Positions 18,846-28,267 of a stretch of DNA of 64,000 bases are shown here, one piece after another. Source of the DNA: Candidatus Poribacteria bacterium (GTDB lineage: Bacteria; Poribacteria; WGA-4E; WGA-3G); contig OZ242029.1 in NCBI GenBank assembly GCA_965205015.1, positions 640,001 to 704,000 on the forward strand. The letters are read 5' to 3'. Made by a program: the position numbers and the translations under genes. The notes under the pieces were generated by a model. That model saw only the letters and a list, made by a program, of their open reading frames with translations, searched no databases and was not told the origin of the DNA. Positions within the stretch are counted from its first letter, which is position 1. Every line of letters starts with the position of its first letter.

Positions 18846-18937
18846 GTGATTTACTATGATAGAATGAGAAGATATCCAATAATCATGGTAGATCTGCCTT
18901 CTTATATTGCTGGCACATCAGTCTTTTGTAGACTTTT
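18846..18937. repeat. Repeat family C
   Basis: Near-identical to 23147-23239 (ATGATAGAATGA...CCAATAATCAYGGTARATCTGCCYTCTTATATYGCTGRCACATCA). Confidence 0.8.
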
Positions 18938-20311
18938 ATGGAGAAATTAACGATGAATATTATCCACATTATTTCAGATACATTTCGACGCGATAACCTC
19001 GCTATCTATGGCGGAAAAGGATACACGCCATCCCTGAATGCCTTCGCGGAAAAATGTGTCGTTTTTGACAAAGCGTATGTCTGTGGTTTTCCGACTGTTC
19101 CGATTCGTGGCGAACTCGTGACAGGACAAGTCAGTATCTGTCGAAGGGGGTGGGAACCTCTCAAACGAGATGTCTCCGTCATCGCTGATGACTTAACGAA
19201 CGCTGGGATTGTGAGTATGATGATTGCGGATACACCGCATCATATCAACAACGGTTTCTTTTACAACCGTGGATTCACCGGATGGAAGTGGATTCGCGGG
19301 CAAGAGGGTGATCATTTAGAGACGCAGCCCTACGATTATGAATCGAAAAAATCGTTGCAGTATCGTGAGTACACACGAACACACCCGAACAAATTGCCCG
19401 GTGGACTCGGCAACCATCTGAGAAATATGGCGTTCCGGCAGACCGAGGCGGACACTTACGTTGCGCAGACTATGCAGACGGCTTGCGACTGGTTGGAACG
19501 TAACCATCAGCACGAAAATTTCTACCTGATGGTGGACACCTTCGACCCACATGAACCGTGGGATGCCCCCGAATGGTATCTAAAGCGTTTCGATGCAAGC
19601 GATTACGATGGACCGGAACCGATCTATCCCCCCTACGGTCCCAATCCGATGAATGAACGCGAGACAGAACGTCTCAACGCCCTCTACCGTGCGGAAGCCT
19701 CACTGGTTGACAATTGGATCGGGCAACTCCTGCGAAAAATCGACTATATGGGCTTGATGGAAAACACAATGGTGATCTTCATGGCGGATCACGGTTTCCT
19801 ACTGGGCGAACACGGACTCCTCGCGAAGAACCTCAGCATGTATGAAGAGGTTATCCATATCCCACTCATGGTTTATCACCCAGAGGCGACACCCCGTCAC
19901 ACCAATGCGCTCGCCAGCATTATTGATATTCCGCCTACCGTTATTGATGTGTTCGATGTGGAACACGAGGCGCAAGTGGAAGGTAACAGTCTACTGCCGG
20001 TTATCATGGGAGATACGGATACAGGACGCGAGTATACCGTTACGCACGGCGCATGGGTCGGGGGCTGGAGTCCTGATGGTGGCAGCCCGCATGGGAGCAT
20101 CACGGATGGCACATGGTCTCTGCTTTTAGAGAACCAAGGCGCGCCGAAGCAAATCTTCCATTTACCCTCTGATCCGGAACAGATGAATAATCGGTTTGAA
20201 TCGGAGACATCAGAGGCGCGGCGACTCTACCAAGCATTTTTGGACTTCTTAGGGCAGCACGGTGCCCCCGACGCAATGGTGACGGAATTCCAGAGTCGGT
20301 GGCAAGATTGA
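18938..20311 (+). CDS. Sulfatase-like hydrolase (alkaline phosphatase superfamily); start may be 18953
   Basis: ISDTFRRD, DPHEPW, ADHG, IHIPL motifs; active-site motif is T-V-P-I-R. Confidence 0.88.
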   Translation: MEKLTMNIIHIISDTFRRDNLAIYGGKGYTPSLNAFAEKCVVFDKAYVCGFPTVPIRGELVTGQVSICRRGWEPLKRDVSVIADDLTNAGIVSMMIADTPHHINNGFFYNRGFTGWKWIRGQEGDHLETQPYDYESKKSLQYREYTRTHPNKLPGGLGNHLRNMAFRQTEADTYVAQTMQTACDWLERNHQHENFYLMVDTFDPHEPWDAPEWYLKRFDASDYDGPEPIYPPYGPNPMNERETERLNALYRAEASLVDNWIGQLLRKIDYMGLMENTMVIFMADHGFLLGEHGLLAKNLSMYEEVIHIPLMVYHPEATPRHTNALASIIDIPPTVIDVFDVEHEAQVEGNSLLPVIMGDTDTGREYTVTHGAWVGGWSPDGGSPHGSITDGTWSLLLENQGAPKQIFHLPSDPEQMNNRFESETSEARRLYQAFLDFLGQHGAPDAMVTEFQSRWQD

Positions 20312-20325
20312 TTTCTGTTAAAATA

Positions 20326-21330
20326 CTACCTCCAGTCCATAATGACGCCTAAGTATTCATCTTTGCGATCCGTCAATCCATCGTAGGCAGATTGTGCATC
20401 TTCCGGGTCAATCACGTGGGTCAGTAATTCTTCTACCTTGAACTTGCCCTCACATATCAGTGAATACACCAAGCGCGAGTTGCGTTCGAGTGAATGTTTG
20501 GATTCGCCAGAGTGCATCGTCGGATAGACCCACTCATGCGCACTTCTGAGCGTAATCGCGCCTAAGCCGATACTGTGGCTGTAGTTCAGGATCGCCGTTG
20601 CATTCGTGACGTATTCACCGCGCGGCGAACCCAATAAGATGACCTCTCCCTGTCTGCCGGTCAACTGATATGCTGTTTCAACGAGTCGTGGGTTTCCGAT
20701 CGCCTCAACGGTGACTGCCGCTTTCTCGCCGTTTGTCAAATCTATAACCCGTTCCAGCGCATCTTCCTCGTCTGGATTAATCAGGTGCTGGATCCCGCAC
20801 TGCCGGGCGATTTCAAGTCGGCGCGGCACCCGCTCAATACTGATGACTTTCATGCCTGCCAAGTTAAAGAGTTGTGATGCGGAGTTGCCGACCAACCCCA
20901 AACCGATAACCGCAACGGTATCCCCGAATTCGGCAGAAGATACCCGCAGGGAGGTCATGGCGACGGTTGCCATTCGGACGAACGGGACCAGTTTCTCGTC
21001 TATCTCTAAAGGGGGTTTGAACGCTAAAAGGACCGCCTCCGTTTTGGCGATAGAGGCGTGTGGACCATAGCAGAAGGCGAGGTCTCCGACGGCACATTTG
21101 GTCACGTTTTCACCGACTTTGAGGACCTCACCGATCGCCGTATAGCCAGAGCCGTGCGGGAACTGTGTCCCGCTTTCGAGTCCAGTATACCCTGCGCCTT
21201 CGGTGCCGGGACTAATCAAACTATAGCGCGTTTTTAACAGAATTTGGTTCGGCGTGAGTGTCTCGTCAAGCTCGAAATCCTCCAACGTCGCTGAGCGTTT
21301 CGCTGGCATCACAATCCGTTTGCCTTTCAT
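20326..21330 (-). CDS. MDR-family alcohol dehydrogenase-like oxidoreductase
   Basis: ISPGTE, GY...G.V..VG..V, GLGLVG Rossmann motif. Confidence 0.88.
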   Translation of the reverse strand: MKGKRIVMPAKRSATLEDFELDETLTPNQILLKTRYSLISPGTEGAGYTGLESGTQFPHGSGYTAIGEVLKVGENVTKCAVGDLAFCYGPHASIAKTEAVLLAFKPPLEIDEKLVPFVRMATVAMTSLRVSSAEFGDTVAVIGLGLVGNSASQLFNLAGMKVISIERVPRRLEIARQCGIQHLINPDEEDALERVIDLTNGEKAAVTVEAIGNPRLVETAYQLTGRQGEVILLGSPRGEYVTNATAILNYSHSIGLGAITLRSAHEWVYPTMHSGESKHSLERNSRLVYSLICEGKFKVEELLTHVIDPEDAQSAYDGLTDRKDEYLGVIMDWR

Positions 21331-21405
21331 TTCGTTATGCTCCTTGTTGAATTTTCTCTATTATGGTATCATATCTGCTAAACTTTAAGAAGGAGAAACT
21401 TCCTT

Positions 21406-22287
21406 ATGAGACTCACGCAAGAACAGTGCGAAACCTTCGAAACACAAGGCGTGCTCATCGTCAAAAACGCCTTGACTGACGAAGACCTACAGCCAGTAAT
21501 TGATGAGATTTCGGACTGGATTTCAGAACGCGCCCTTGCCTTAAAACAGGAAGGTAAAATCGAAGACCTGTATGAAGACGAACCCTTCGATAAACGGTTT
21601 GGTAAGCTGCTGGCACAGTCCAGCGAGATGGTCGGTGGCTTGGACATCATGCATTATCGCGGCAAAGCCATCTTTGAATTCCTGAAGAACGACCACCTTT
21701 TAGATGTTGTTGAAGGAATTGTGGGTCCCGAAATTACGTGCAACCCGATTCAGCATCTACGTGCAAAACCGCCCGTTATCGACGGGAACGCGAGTTGGGC
21801 AGGCGGTGTGCCGTGGCATCAGGATGCCGGCGTCATGATGCCGGAAGCAGAAGGGTCCACTATCGTTACATGCTGGCTCCCATTGGGTGATAGCACAGTA
21901 GAGATGGGGTGCCTTCAGGCATTACCGGGTATTACCGAGGAAAAGGGGTATCTGGTCCATCAGAAAGAGGGTGGGACGATGATCAAACCGGAGTTAATGC
22001 CGGATGTCGAACCGCTTATGCTGGAATGCTACCGCGGCGATATTATCTTACTGAGCCGTTTCACACCACATCGTTCGGAACCGAACACGTCTGACCGATG
22101 CCGCTGGTCATTGGATTTGCGCTATCAGACGACAGGGCAGCACACTGGACGGACAGCGCATCCCGACTTCATTGTGCGGAGTCGCAAGAATCCTGAAACT
22201 GTCCTCTCTGAACACCAAGCGTGGTGTGATATGTGGATAGATGCCTTTGAAAATCCGAGAGGTTTCGCAGGACATAGGTCGGTATAG
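21406..22287 (+). CDS. Phytanoyl-CoA dioxygenase (PhyH) family protein
   Basis: WHQD, GCL, H.S..N.S...R.S.D.R. Confidence 0.9.
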   Translation: MRLTQEQCETFETQGVLIVKNALTDEDLQPVIDEISDWISERALALKQEGKIEDLYEDEPFDKRFGKLLAQSSEMVGGLDIMHYRGKAIFEFLKNDHLLDVVEGIVGPEITCNPIQHLRAKPPVIDGNASWAGGVPWHQDAGVMMPEAEGSTIVTCWLPLGDSTVEMGCLQALPGITEEKGYLVHQKEGGTMIKPELMPDVEPLMLECYRGDIILLSRFTPHRSEPNTSDRCRWSLDLRYQTTGQHTGRTAHPDFIVRSRKNPETVLSEHQAWCDMWIDAFENPRGFAGHRSV

Positions 22288-22357
22288 CCGTCAGCAGCCG
22301 GCAGTCGGTTCTCGGTTAAGAGGGGTCATCTAACAAAGGGTTCCTCTTGAGATAGCA
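22284..22357. repeat. Repeat family A (left arm and hairpin)
   Basis: ATAGCCGTCAGCAGCCGGCAGTCGGTTCTCGGTTAAGAGG...CCTCTT; contains the PhyH stop codon. Confidence 0.75.
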
Positions 22358-22366
22358 TCAAAACCC

Positions 22367-22453
22367 GTAGCCCGTAATGGAATGGAGGGCGGATTTGGGG
22401 AACGCACGTAAAAGTCGAAACGTCCGTTGTTTCTCCGCAAGGTCAATTAAAAA
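22367..22453 (+). repeat. Repeat family B
   Basis: GTAGCCCGTAATGGAATGGAGGGCGGATTTGGGGAACGCACG...CTCCGCAAGGTCAATTAAAAA; close match to 32163-32272. Confidence 0.85.
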
Positions 22454-22454
22454 G

Positions 22455-23150
22455 ATGGAAGCGATTATTTTGTGTGGTGGTCTTGCCACGCGGCTCGGTG
22501 AAACAGCGAAAACACTTCCGAAGATTCTGCTGGAGATCGCTGGGAAAACAGTATTGGAATGGCAAATCCAATTGTTGAGAGATGTAGGTGTTACGACGGT
22601 CATCCTCGCCTCGGGACACCTTCACGATGTGCTTTATGAGCGCGTAGGAGACGCTTACGCTGGGATGTGCATCCGTTATGCCAAAGAGGAAAAGCGGCTC
22701 GGTACTGGCGGCGCGATTCAGAATGCGATGCAGCAGATTGATACATCACCTTTTTTTGTCCTAAATGGCGACATTTTGCTCGCCAACTTTTCGCTGCGGG
22801 ACATGTTGGTTCGATTTGACCAAGGAATGGCAGGCGTGCTGTTAAGCGTTCATGTCCCCGACACCCGTCCCTACGGCGAAATTGTATCGGACAGTGAGGG
22901 AAAAATTCAGGCATTCCGTGAGAAACAACCCATCTGCCGTGCGGGCTACGTCAACGGCGCGATATATCTTTTTGATCGAAGCATTGCTGAGGCGTTTCCA
23001 AACGATCAAGAGAATTTCTCTATGGAGCGAGACGTTTTTCCGTTCGTTTCTAATCTCTATACGTTACGAACGGACGCAGACTGGATCGACATCGGTGTTC
23101 CAGAGCGGTTAGCTTACGCGAGAGAGTATTTTCGACCAGGATCTCTGTGA
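22455..23150 (+). CDS. Nucleotidyltransferase (NDP-sugar synthase family)
   Basis: MEAIILCGGLATRL, PK, LGTGGA, LNGD, WIDIG; ORF-track extension to 22377 is repeat sequence. Confidence 0.9.
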   Translation: MEAIILCGGLATRLGETAKTLPKILLEIAGKTVLEWQIQLLRDVGVTTVILASGHLHDVLYERVGDAYAGMCIRYAKEEKRLGTGGAIQNAMQQIDTSPFFVLNGDILLANFSLRDMLVRFDQGMAGVLLSVHVPDTRPYGEIVSDSEGKIQAFREKQPICRAGYVNGAIYLFDRSIAEAFPNDQENFSMERDVFPFVSNLYTLRTDADWIDIGVPERLAYAREYFRPGSL

Positions 23151-23239
23151 TGTACCATGATAGAATGATTAACTCCCCAATAATCACGGTAAATCTGCCC
23201 TCTTATATCGCTGACACATCAATCATAGTTCAGACTTTT
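23147..23239. repeat. Repeat family C overlapping the rsgA 3' end
   Basis: Match to 18846-18937. Confidence 0.8.
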
Positions 23240-24181
23240 CTCTTCCGTCCGCAACACGACATAACTCCGATACCGTTCGGCATGTATTTCCCCGGCTTTA
23301 ACGGCATTCTGAACAGCACAATCAGGTTCCGCCACATGGGCACAATCGTTGTATTTGCATGTCCCGAGGTAAGGTTCCATTTCTGGGAAATAGTATTCTA
23401 AATTCTCCGTATCTACACCCCACAACCCAACTTCCCGTATCCCAGGTGTATCGGCGACCTCACCGCCGATGTCTAAAGGAAAGAGTTCAACAAGTGTCGT
23501 CGTATGGCGTCCCTTCTGCGTTCTGATACCGACTTCACCCGTGCGCAAGTCTAAACTGGGTTGGAGTGCATTCAGTAGGCTGGATTTGCCGACCCCAGAC
23601 GCGCCAACAATGACACTCAATTTATCCTTTAGCGTGTTTCGGAGCGCGTCGAGACTCTCAGGAACATTGATGCTGGTATAGATGACCCGGTACCCCAATT
23701 TTTCATAAACAGCAAAGATCTCTGTGAGTTCTGTCCGTTGGGCTTCATCCACTAAGTCCATCTTGTTGAGACATACCACCGCCTCCATGTCCCCTGCCTC
23801 CGCCAAGATAAGAAACCTATCCAGCGTCCGAAAATTAAGGGGCGGCATAAGCGTCGCGACGACAGCTACGATTTGATGTGCATTCGCAACGATAACCTGT
23901 TCAATGTCCCCATGTTTTCCGGCGTATTGCCGCGAAAACTTTGTCTGGCGAGGCAGAACATCCTCGACCACTCCCTCCTCCATATCAAGTTGCGTGAAGA
24001 TGACCCAATCGCCGACAGCAACTGGGTCGGCATAGAGTCTGCGTCCGGTTTCAGAGCGGTGTCTCCGTTTGAGTGTGCCGCGGAGTGTGCATCGCAGGAT
24101 AATATCATCGTGTTGGACATCGTAAAACCCTGTCCGCGCCCGGATAACTTTGCCTTGTTCGCGTGTAAGGATAAACGCCAC
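23219..24181 (-). CDS. rsgA: Ribosome small subunit-dependent GTPase A; start uncertain (24172-24211)
   Basis: NKMD, GASGVGKS, GRHTT, DTPG, CKYNDCAH..EPDC zinc finger. Confidence 0.95.
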   Translation of the reverse strand: MAFILTREQGKVIRARTGFYDVQHDDIILRCTLRGTLKRRHRSETGRRLYADPVAVGDWVIFTQLDMEEGVVEDVLPRQTKFSRQYAGKHGDIEQVIVANAHQIVAVVATLMPPLNFRTLDRFLILAEAGDMEAVVCLNKMDLVDEAQRTELTEIFAVYEKLGYRVIYTSINVPESLDALRNTLKDKLSVIVGASGVGKSSLLNALQPSLDLRTGEVGIRTQKGRHTTTLVELFPLDIGGEVADTPGIREVGLWGVDTENLEYYFPEMEPYLGTCKYNDCAHVAEPDCAVQNAVKAGEIHAERYRSYVVLRTEEKSLNYD

Positions 24182-24196
24182 CTCCCAAAAGAGGCT

Positions 24197-24225
24197 GTAG
24201 GGAAACCACAAGGGACCGCCTCTAC
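24197..24225. repeat. GTAG-type REP-like palindrome
   Basis: GTAGGGAAACCACAAGGGACCGCCTCTAC. Confidence 0.55.
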
Positions 24226-24236
24226 ATTAAAATCTG

Positions 24237-25004
24237 TCAGATATACGTTTTCATGGTTTCCAAAGCCACTTCAACATCCTCGTCAAAATTGTCAAACTTG
24301 CACTCACACGAGACGCGCCCGTCATAGCCTGCTTTTTGGAGTGCCGTGAAGAAATCTGTGAAATCGAAATCATCGTTTCCGGGATAGGAACGCTTGACAG
24401 GTTCGGCAATGTGAACATGCGCGAGCCATTCCGCAGCGTCAATGGTGTTTTGCATCGGTTCTTCTTCCTGATAGATGTGATAGAGATCCGCCAACGCTTT
24501 GATACCCGGACGATTCACGCGTTTTGCCATAGCGAGTCCATCTGCGACAGTCCGAAGAATGTTTCCCTCGCGCCAGCAAATTGGCTCGATGACGATCGTC
24601 ATATTGTAAGCTTCGGCATGATCCGCCGCCATATCAAGGAACTCAGCGATTTGCGCCAATGCCCATTCGCGCGAATAACCTTCCTCTATACTCCGGGAAC
24701 CGCTGCTGCCGTAGACGATAATCTCACCGCCAACTTCATTGCCCCTACGACATGCAGTCTCTACATACCGAGATAAACGTGGCAAATCAACAACATCCCC
24801 CACGACCCGCAAGTCACCGGGAATAAACCCCGAGTACGACTCCGGCTTTAACGGGGCCTTCGCTACCTGTTCACGAATTTTCTGGAATTCAGTCTCATCC
24901 GCCTCAGGCATCAACCCCGGACGTACACCTAATTCAATGTAGTCATATCCGACTTCTGCCAGCCGATTGACATTCTCTAAACCTGTACAAACCCCAAATC
25001 TCAT
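24237..25004 (-). CDS. Sugar phosphate isomerase/epimerase (xylose isomerase-like TIM barrel)
   Basis: GYDYIE, IEP, DLYH, HVHIA, GYDG.VS.E. Confidence 0.9.
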   Translation of the reverse strand: MRFGVCTGLENVNRLAEVGYDYIELGVRPGLMPEADETEFQKIREQVAKAPLKPESYSGFIPGDLRVVGDVVDLPRLSRYVETACRRGNEVGGEIIVYGSSGSRSIEEGYSREWALAQIAEFLDMAADHAEAYNMTIVIEPICWREGNILRTVADGLAMAKRVNRPGIKALADLYHIYQEEEPMQNTIDAAEWLAHVHIAEPVKRSYPGNDDFDFTDFFTALQKAGYDGRVSCECKFDNFDEDVEVALETMKTYI

Positions 25005-25018
25005 CCGTTGGCTCCTTC

Positions 25019-25822
25019 TTATTTTCCAAATCGTCGTTTTCGTTGGCTATAAGCCCGCAAAGCACGGAGAAAGTCAATTTTTCGAAACGAGGGCCAATAC
25101 GTATCACAGAAATAGAATTCCGAGTAAACGCTCTGCCAAAGTAAAAACCCCGATAACCGCACCTCACCGCTGGTGCGAATGATTAACTCAGGATCAGGCA
25201 GGTTTGACGTGTAAAGATAGGGTGCAATTTTATCCACTGTAAGTTCGTCTGCGATCTGGTGGATAGGTTTACCCCTCTCACTTTCGGCTTTGAGGTGCCC
25301 CCGAAATGCTTCAATAATCTCCTCTCGCCCACCATAAGCGACAGCGACATTTAAGATAAACTTATCGTAATGTTTCGTTGCTTCTTCTGCCTCCCGAATT
25401 GCTTCTTGCAGACTACTTGGTAACAACTCTATCTGCCCCATGGCACGTACTCTGATCTGGTTCGTATGGAGCCCTTCAATTGTGACGAGCTCCCGCATTT
25501 TCCTTTCAATCAGCCCCAGAATCCCTTCAACTTCGTGTGCCGCACGTTTGAAATTATCAAGCGAGAAAATCCAGATTGAGAAAATGTCAACGCCGAGTTC
25601 GTCACACCAATGGAGTACCTCTTCAAGTTTGTTCGCCCCTTCATGATGCCCTTCAATGACATCTTCAAGTCCACTGGCTTTCGCATAGCGACGATTTCCA
25701 TCTAAAATTACACCGATATGGCGTGGGATCTTCCATGCCTTGGCTTCGGATTCCAAACGCCTTTGATAAGCATTGTAAAAAAATCTTTCAACTCGATTTT
25801 TAATAGAGTGGAATGGCTTCAT
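25019..25822 (-). CDS. uppS: cis-Isoprenyl (undecaprenyl-type) diphosphate synthase
   Basis: HIGVILDGNRR, FSLDNF.R, YGGREEI, IRTSGEVRLSGFLLWQ. Confidence 0.92.
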   Translation of the reverse strand: MKPFHSIKNRVERFFYNAYQRRLESEAKAWKIPRHIGVILDGNRRYAKASGLEDVIEGHHEGANKLEEVLHWCDELGVDIFSIWIFSLDNFKRAAHEVEGILGLIERKMRELVTIEGLHTNQIRVRAMGQIELLPSSLQEAIREAEEATKHYDKFILNVAVAYGGREEIIEAFRGHLKAESERGKPIHQIADELTVDKIAPYLYTSNLPDPELIIRTSGEVRLSGFLLWQSVYSEFYFCDTYWPSFRKIDFLRALRAYSQRKRRFGK

Positions 25823-25890
25823 ATGTACATCCTAAGTTGTTACAGATGCAATGTAGGCACAACTTGTAGGTCTCCCATATTGCGATATTT

Positions 25891-25900
25891 ATTATAACAC
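25891..25900 (-). promoter_or_regulatory. Extended -10 promoter for uppS
   Basis: TGtTATAAT about 70 nt upstream of the ATG. Confidence 0.5.
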
Positions 25901-26144
25901 AGAAGGGTTATTTAGAAAAGTCTATTTTATGCCGAAGAAACTCGGTTTTCAGCGACTTCAAAACGATTGATGGATTAAGAAGTATAAGAGGTTTTAAAGT
26001 TGACTTGTTGAAGAAAGTGTGATAAATTTATTTAGAAATGTTCACAGATAGCGGTCGGCGTTTGTAGGGATCGCTAAAATCATACGTATCTATCTACTAT
26101 CAAGTTTGCAGTATATCTATGCGCAAATTCTTAAGCGCTGACGC

Positions 26145-26234
26145 GCAGCCCGTAACGAAGTGGAGGGCGGTTCTACAGAAAGGCACTTCATTCATCAAAC
26201 CCGCCTCAACGAACCGCAAGGAATAATTAAAAAA
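26145..26234 (+). repeat. Repeat family B overlapping the 5' end of the transporter ORF
   Basis: GCAGCCCGTAACGAAGTGGAGGGCGG...CGAACCGCAAGGAATAATTAAAAAA. Confidence 0.8.
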
Positions 26235-28208
26235 TTTGAAACTTCCTCGTCGCTCACATCATCACGAATTCCCGCCCACGGTGTCACCCTCAAATCTATT
26301 CTTATTGCTGTTATTCTAATACCGATTAACTGCTACTGGGTCATTGAGATGGAAGTTATTCGGTATTCAGGTCATCCTGTGACGATTTCGCTCTTTTTCA
26401 ATGTGATTTTCAGTCTGTTCTTGGTTATCGGTGTAAACTACCTATTGCGCCGTTTCATCCCGAGCCTCGCATTGGCACAAAGCGAGTTAGTCATTGTTTA
26501 CCTGATGCTTTCCATCGCTTCGGGAATTACGGGGCACGATATGCTTGAGATTTTGGTCCCGATGTTAGGGCATGCCTCCCGTTTCGCTACTCCGGAAAAC
26601 GAATGGCAACAGTTGTTTGTCCCCTTCCTGCCAAAGTGGCTCACCGTTAGCGACACGTCCCTTTTACACGGCTATTATGAGGGTGAGCTTCCTCTCTACA
26701 CAGTTGAAACATTGCTTGGCTGGGCAACGCCGGTCCTCTGGTGGACTGCCTTCATCACTATGTTGATTTTTGGCATGCTTTGCATCAATATAATTGTGCG
26801 TAAACAATGGATCGAACACGAGAAATTAAGTTACCCGATCATCCAACTCCCACTCCAATTGACGGAAACTCCACAGAACCGCCTCTTTCAAAATAAATTG
26901 ATGTGGCTCGGGTTTGGGATTGCTGGCGCGCTTGCGCTGTGGAATGGTGTTAATTTTCTGTATCCGGTTTTACCTGAACTCCGGACACGTGTGCGAAGCT
27001 TCCAAATTTTTACGGAGAGTCCGTGGAACGCTATGGGGAGAATCCCGTTTTCACTCTATCCATTCGCAATTGGACTTGGTTTCTTTATACCTCTTGATCT
27101 CTCGTTTTCATGCTGGTTCTTCTTCTGGTATTGGCGATTCATGCGAGTTCTCGGTGCCGCGCTTGGATTACGGAGTCTACCTCGTTTTCCGTACATGAAC
27201 GAGCAAGCAGCAGGTGGTTATCTCGCGCTATGCGTTTTGGCAATTTGGGCGAGTCGCAGACATCTATTGCATGTAGCGAAAACCGTTGTGGGACTCAATA
27301 CCCAACAGGACAATACTGCGATCAGCGCCTCAGGGCGCGAAACGCAGGAATCGATGTCCTATCGCGGGGCGACGCTCGGTCTTATCGCGGTAATGATATT
27401 TCTTGTGCTGTTCTGCTACTATGGCGGTGCTGAGCTTTGGGTAATGTTCGCATTTTTTGTTATCTATTACATGATTTCGATCGCCATAACTCGGATGCGC
27501 GCAGAACTCGGCACCCCTGTGCATGACCTGCACTACTCCGGTCCTGATGAAATTCTGACTCGGACTGTTGGAACACGGCGATTAGGGAGAGACAACCTTA
27601 TTATGTTTTCGATGTTTTGGTTTATCAATCGTGCGCATCGAAGCCATCCTATGCCGCACCAGCTCGAAGGTTTCAAAATCATGGAACGGACAAACATGAC
27701 GATGAACCGTATCATTTTCGCCTTGACACTTGCGACTATTTTGGGATCATTAGCAGGATTTTGGGCATTAATCGACCGCGGGTATCGGCTCGGCATGGAA
27801 GTACGCGCGTATTGGCCCTCTCTCAGTGCTTTTGGAATAGAACCGTATCGTCGCCTGGCGGGATGGTTGCAAGCCCCAGAAGAGACACTCATCCCTGAAA
27901 GCGGATTTATGGGCATAGGGTTCCTATTAACAACGGTGCTAATGTTCTTTCGCATGCGATTCGTATGGTGGCCATTTCATCCTGCAGGGTTCGCTATCTC
28001 CACGAGTTGGGGTATGAATGTCACGTGGAGCTGCCTCTTCATGAGCTGGTTAATCAAGTGGCTTATTCTTCAGTACGGCGGCGTCGTTCGGCACCGCAAG
28101 ATCGCTCCCTTTTTCTTAGGGTTAATTTTGGGGGAATTTACGGTCGGGAGTCTCTGGACAATCTTAGGGATTATCGCCGGTATTCCGACTTACGGGTTTT
28201 GGGTATAA
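26160..28208 (+). CDS. OPT-like (DUF6785/DUF6784) multi-pass peptide transporter-like protein; start uncertain
   Basis: RKQWIEHEKLSYPIIQLP, RMRAELG.P, WWPFHPAG, FFLGLILGE; many TM helices. Confidence 0.8.
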   Translation: MEGGSTERHFIHQTRLNEPQGIIKKFETSSSLTSSRIPAHGVTLKSILIAVILIPINCYWVIEMEVIRYSGHPVTISLFFNVIFSLFLVIGVNYLLRRFIPSLALAQSELVIVYLMLSIASGITGHDMLEILVPMLGHASRFATPENEWQQLFVPFLPKWLTVSDTSLLHGYYEGELPLYTVETLLGWATPVLWWTAFITMLIFGMLCINIIVRKQWIEHEKLSYPIIQLPLQLTETPQNRLFQNKLMWLGFGIAGALALWNGVNFLYPVLPELRTRVRSFQIFTESPWNAMGRIPFSLYPFAIGLGFFIPLDLSFSCWFFFWYWRFMRVLGAALGLRSLPRFPYMNEQAAGGYLALCVLAIWASRRHLLHVAKTVVGLNTQQDNTAISASGRETQESMSYRGATLGLIAVMIFLVLFCYYGGAELWVMFAFFVIYYMISIAITRMRAELGTPVHDLHYSGPDEILTRTVGTRRLGRDNLIMFSMFWFINRAHRSHPMPHQLEGFKIMERTNMTMNRIIFALTLATILGSLAGFWALIDRGYRLGMEVRAYWPSLSAFGIEPYRRLAGWLQAPEETLIPESGFMGIGFLLTTVLMFFRMRFVWWPFHPAGFAISTSWGMNVTWSCLFMSWLIKWLILQYGGVVRHRKIAPFFLGLILGEFTVGSLWTILGIIAGIPTYGFWV

Positions 28209-28267
28209 CAGTCGTCGAAGGATTTTCGGAGAAACCCGAACCAAAAGTAGTGACCAGACCTAATCGT

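Noticed and set aside
22377-22454. N-terminal extension of the nucleotidyltransferase
   Set aside because: It is repeat B sequence; the family motif begins at ATG 22455
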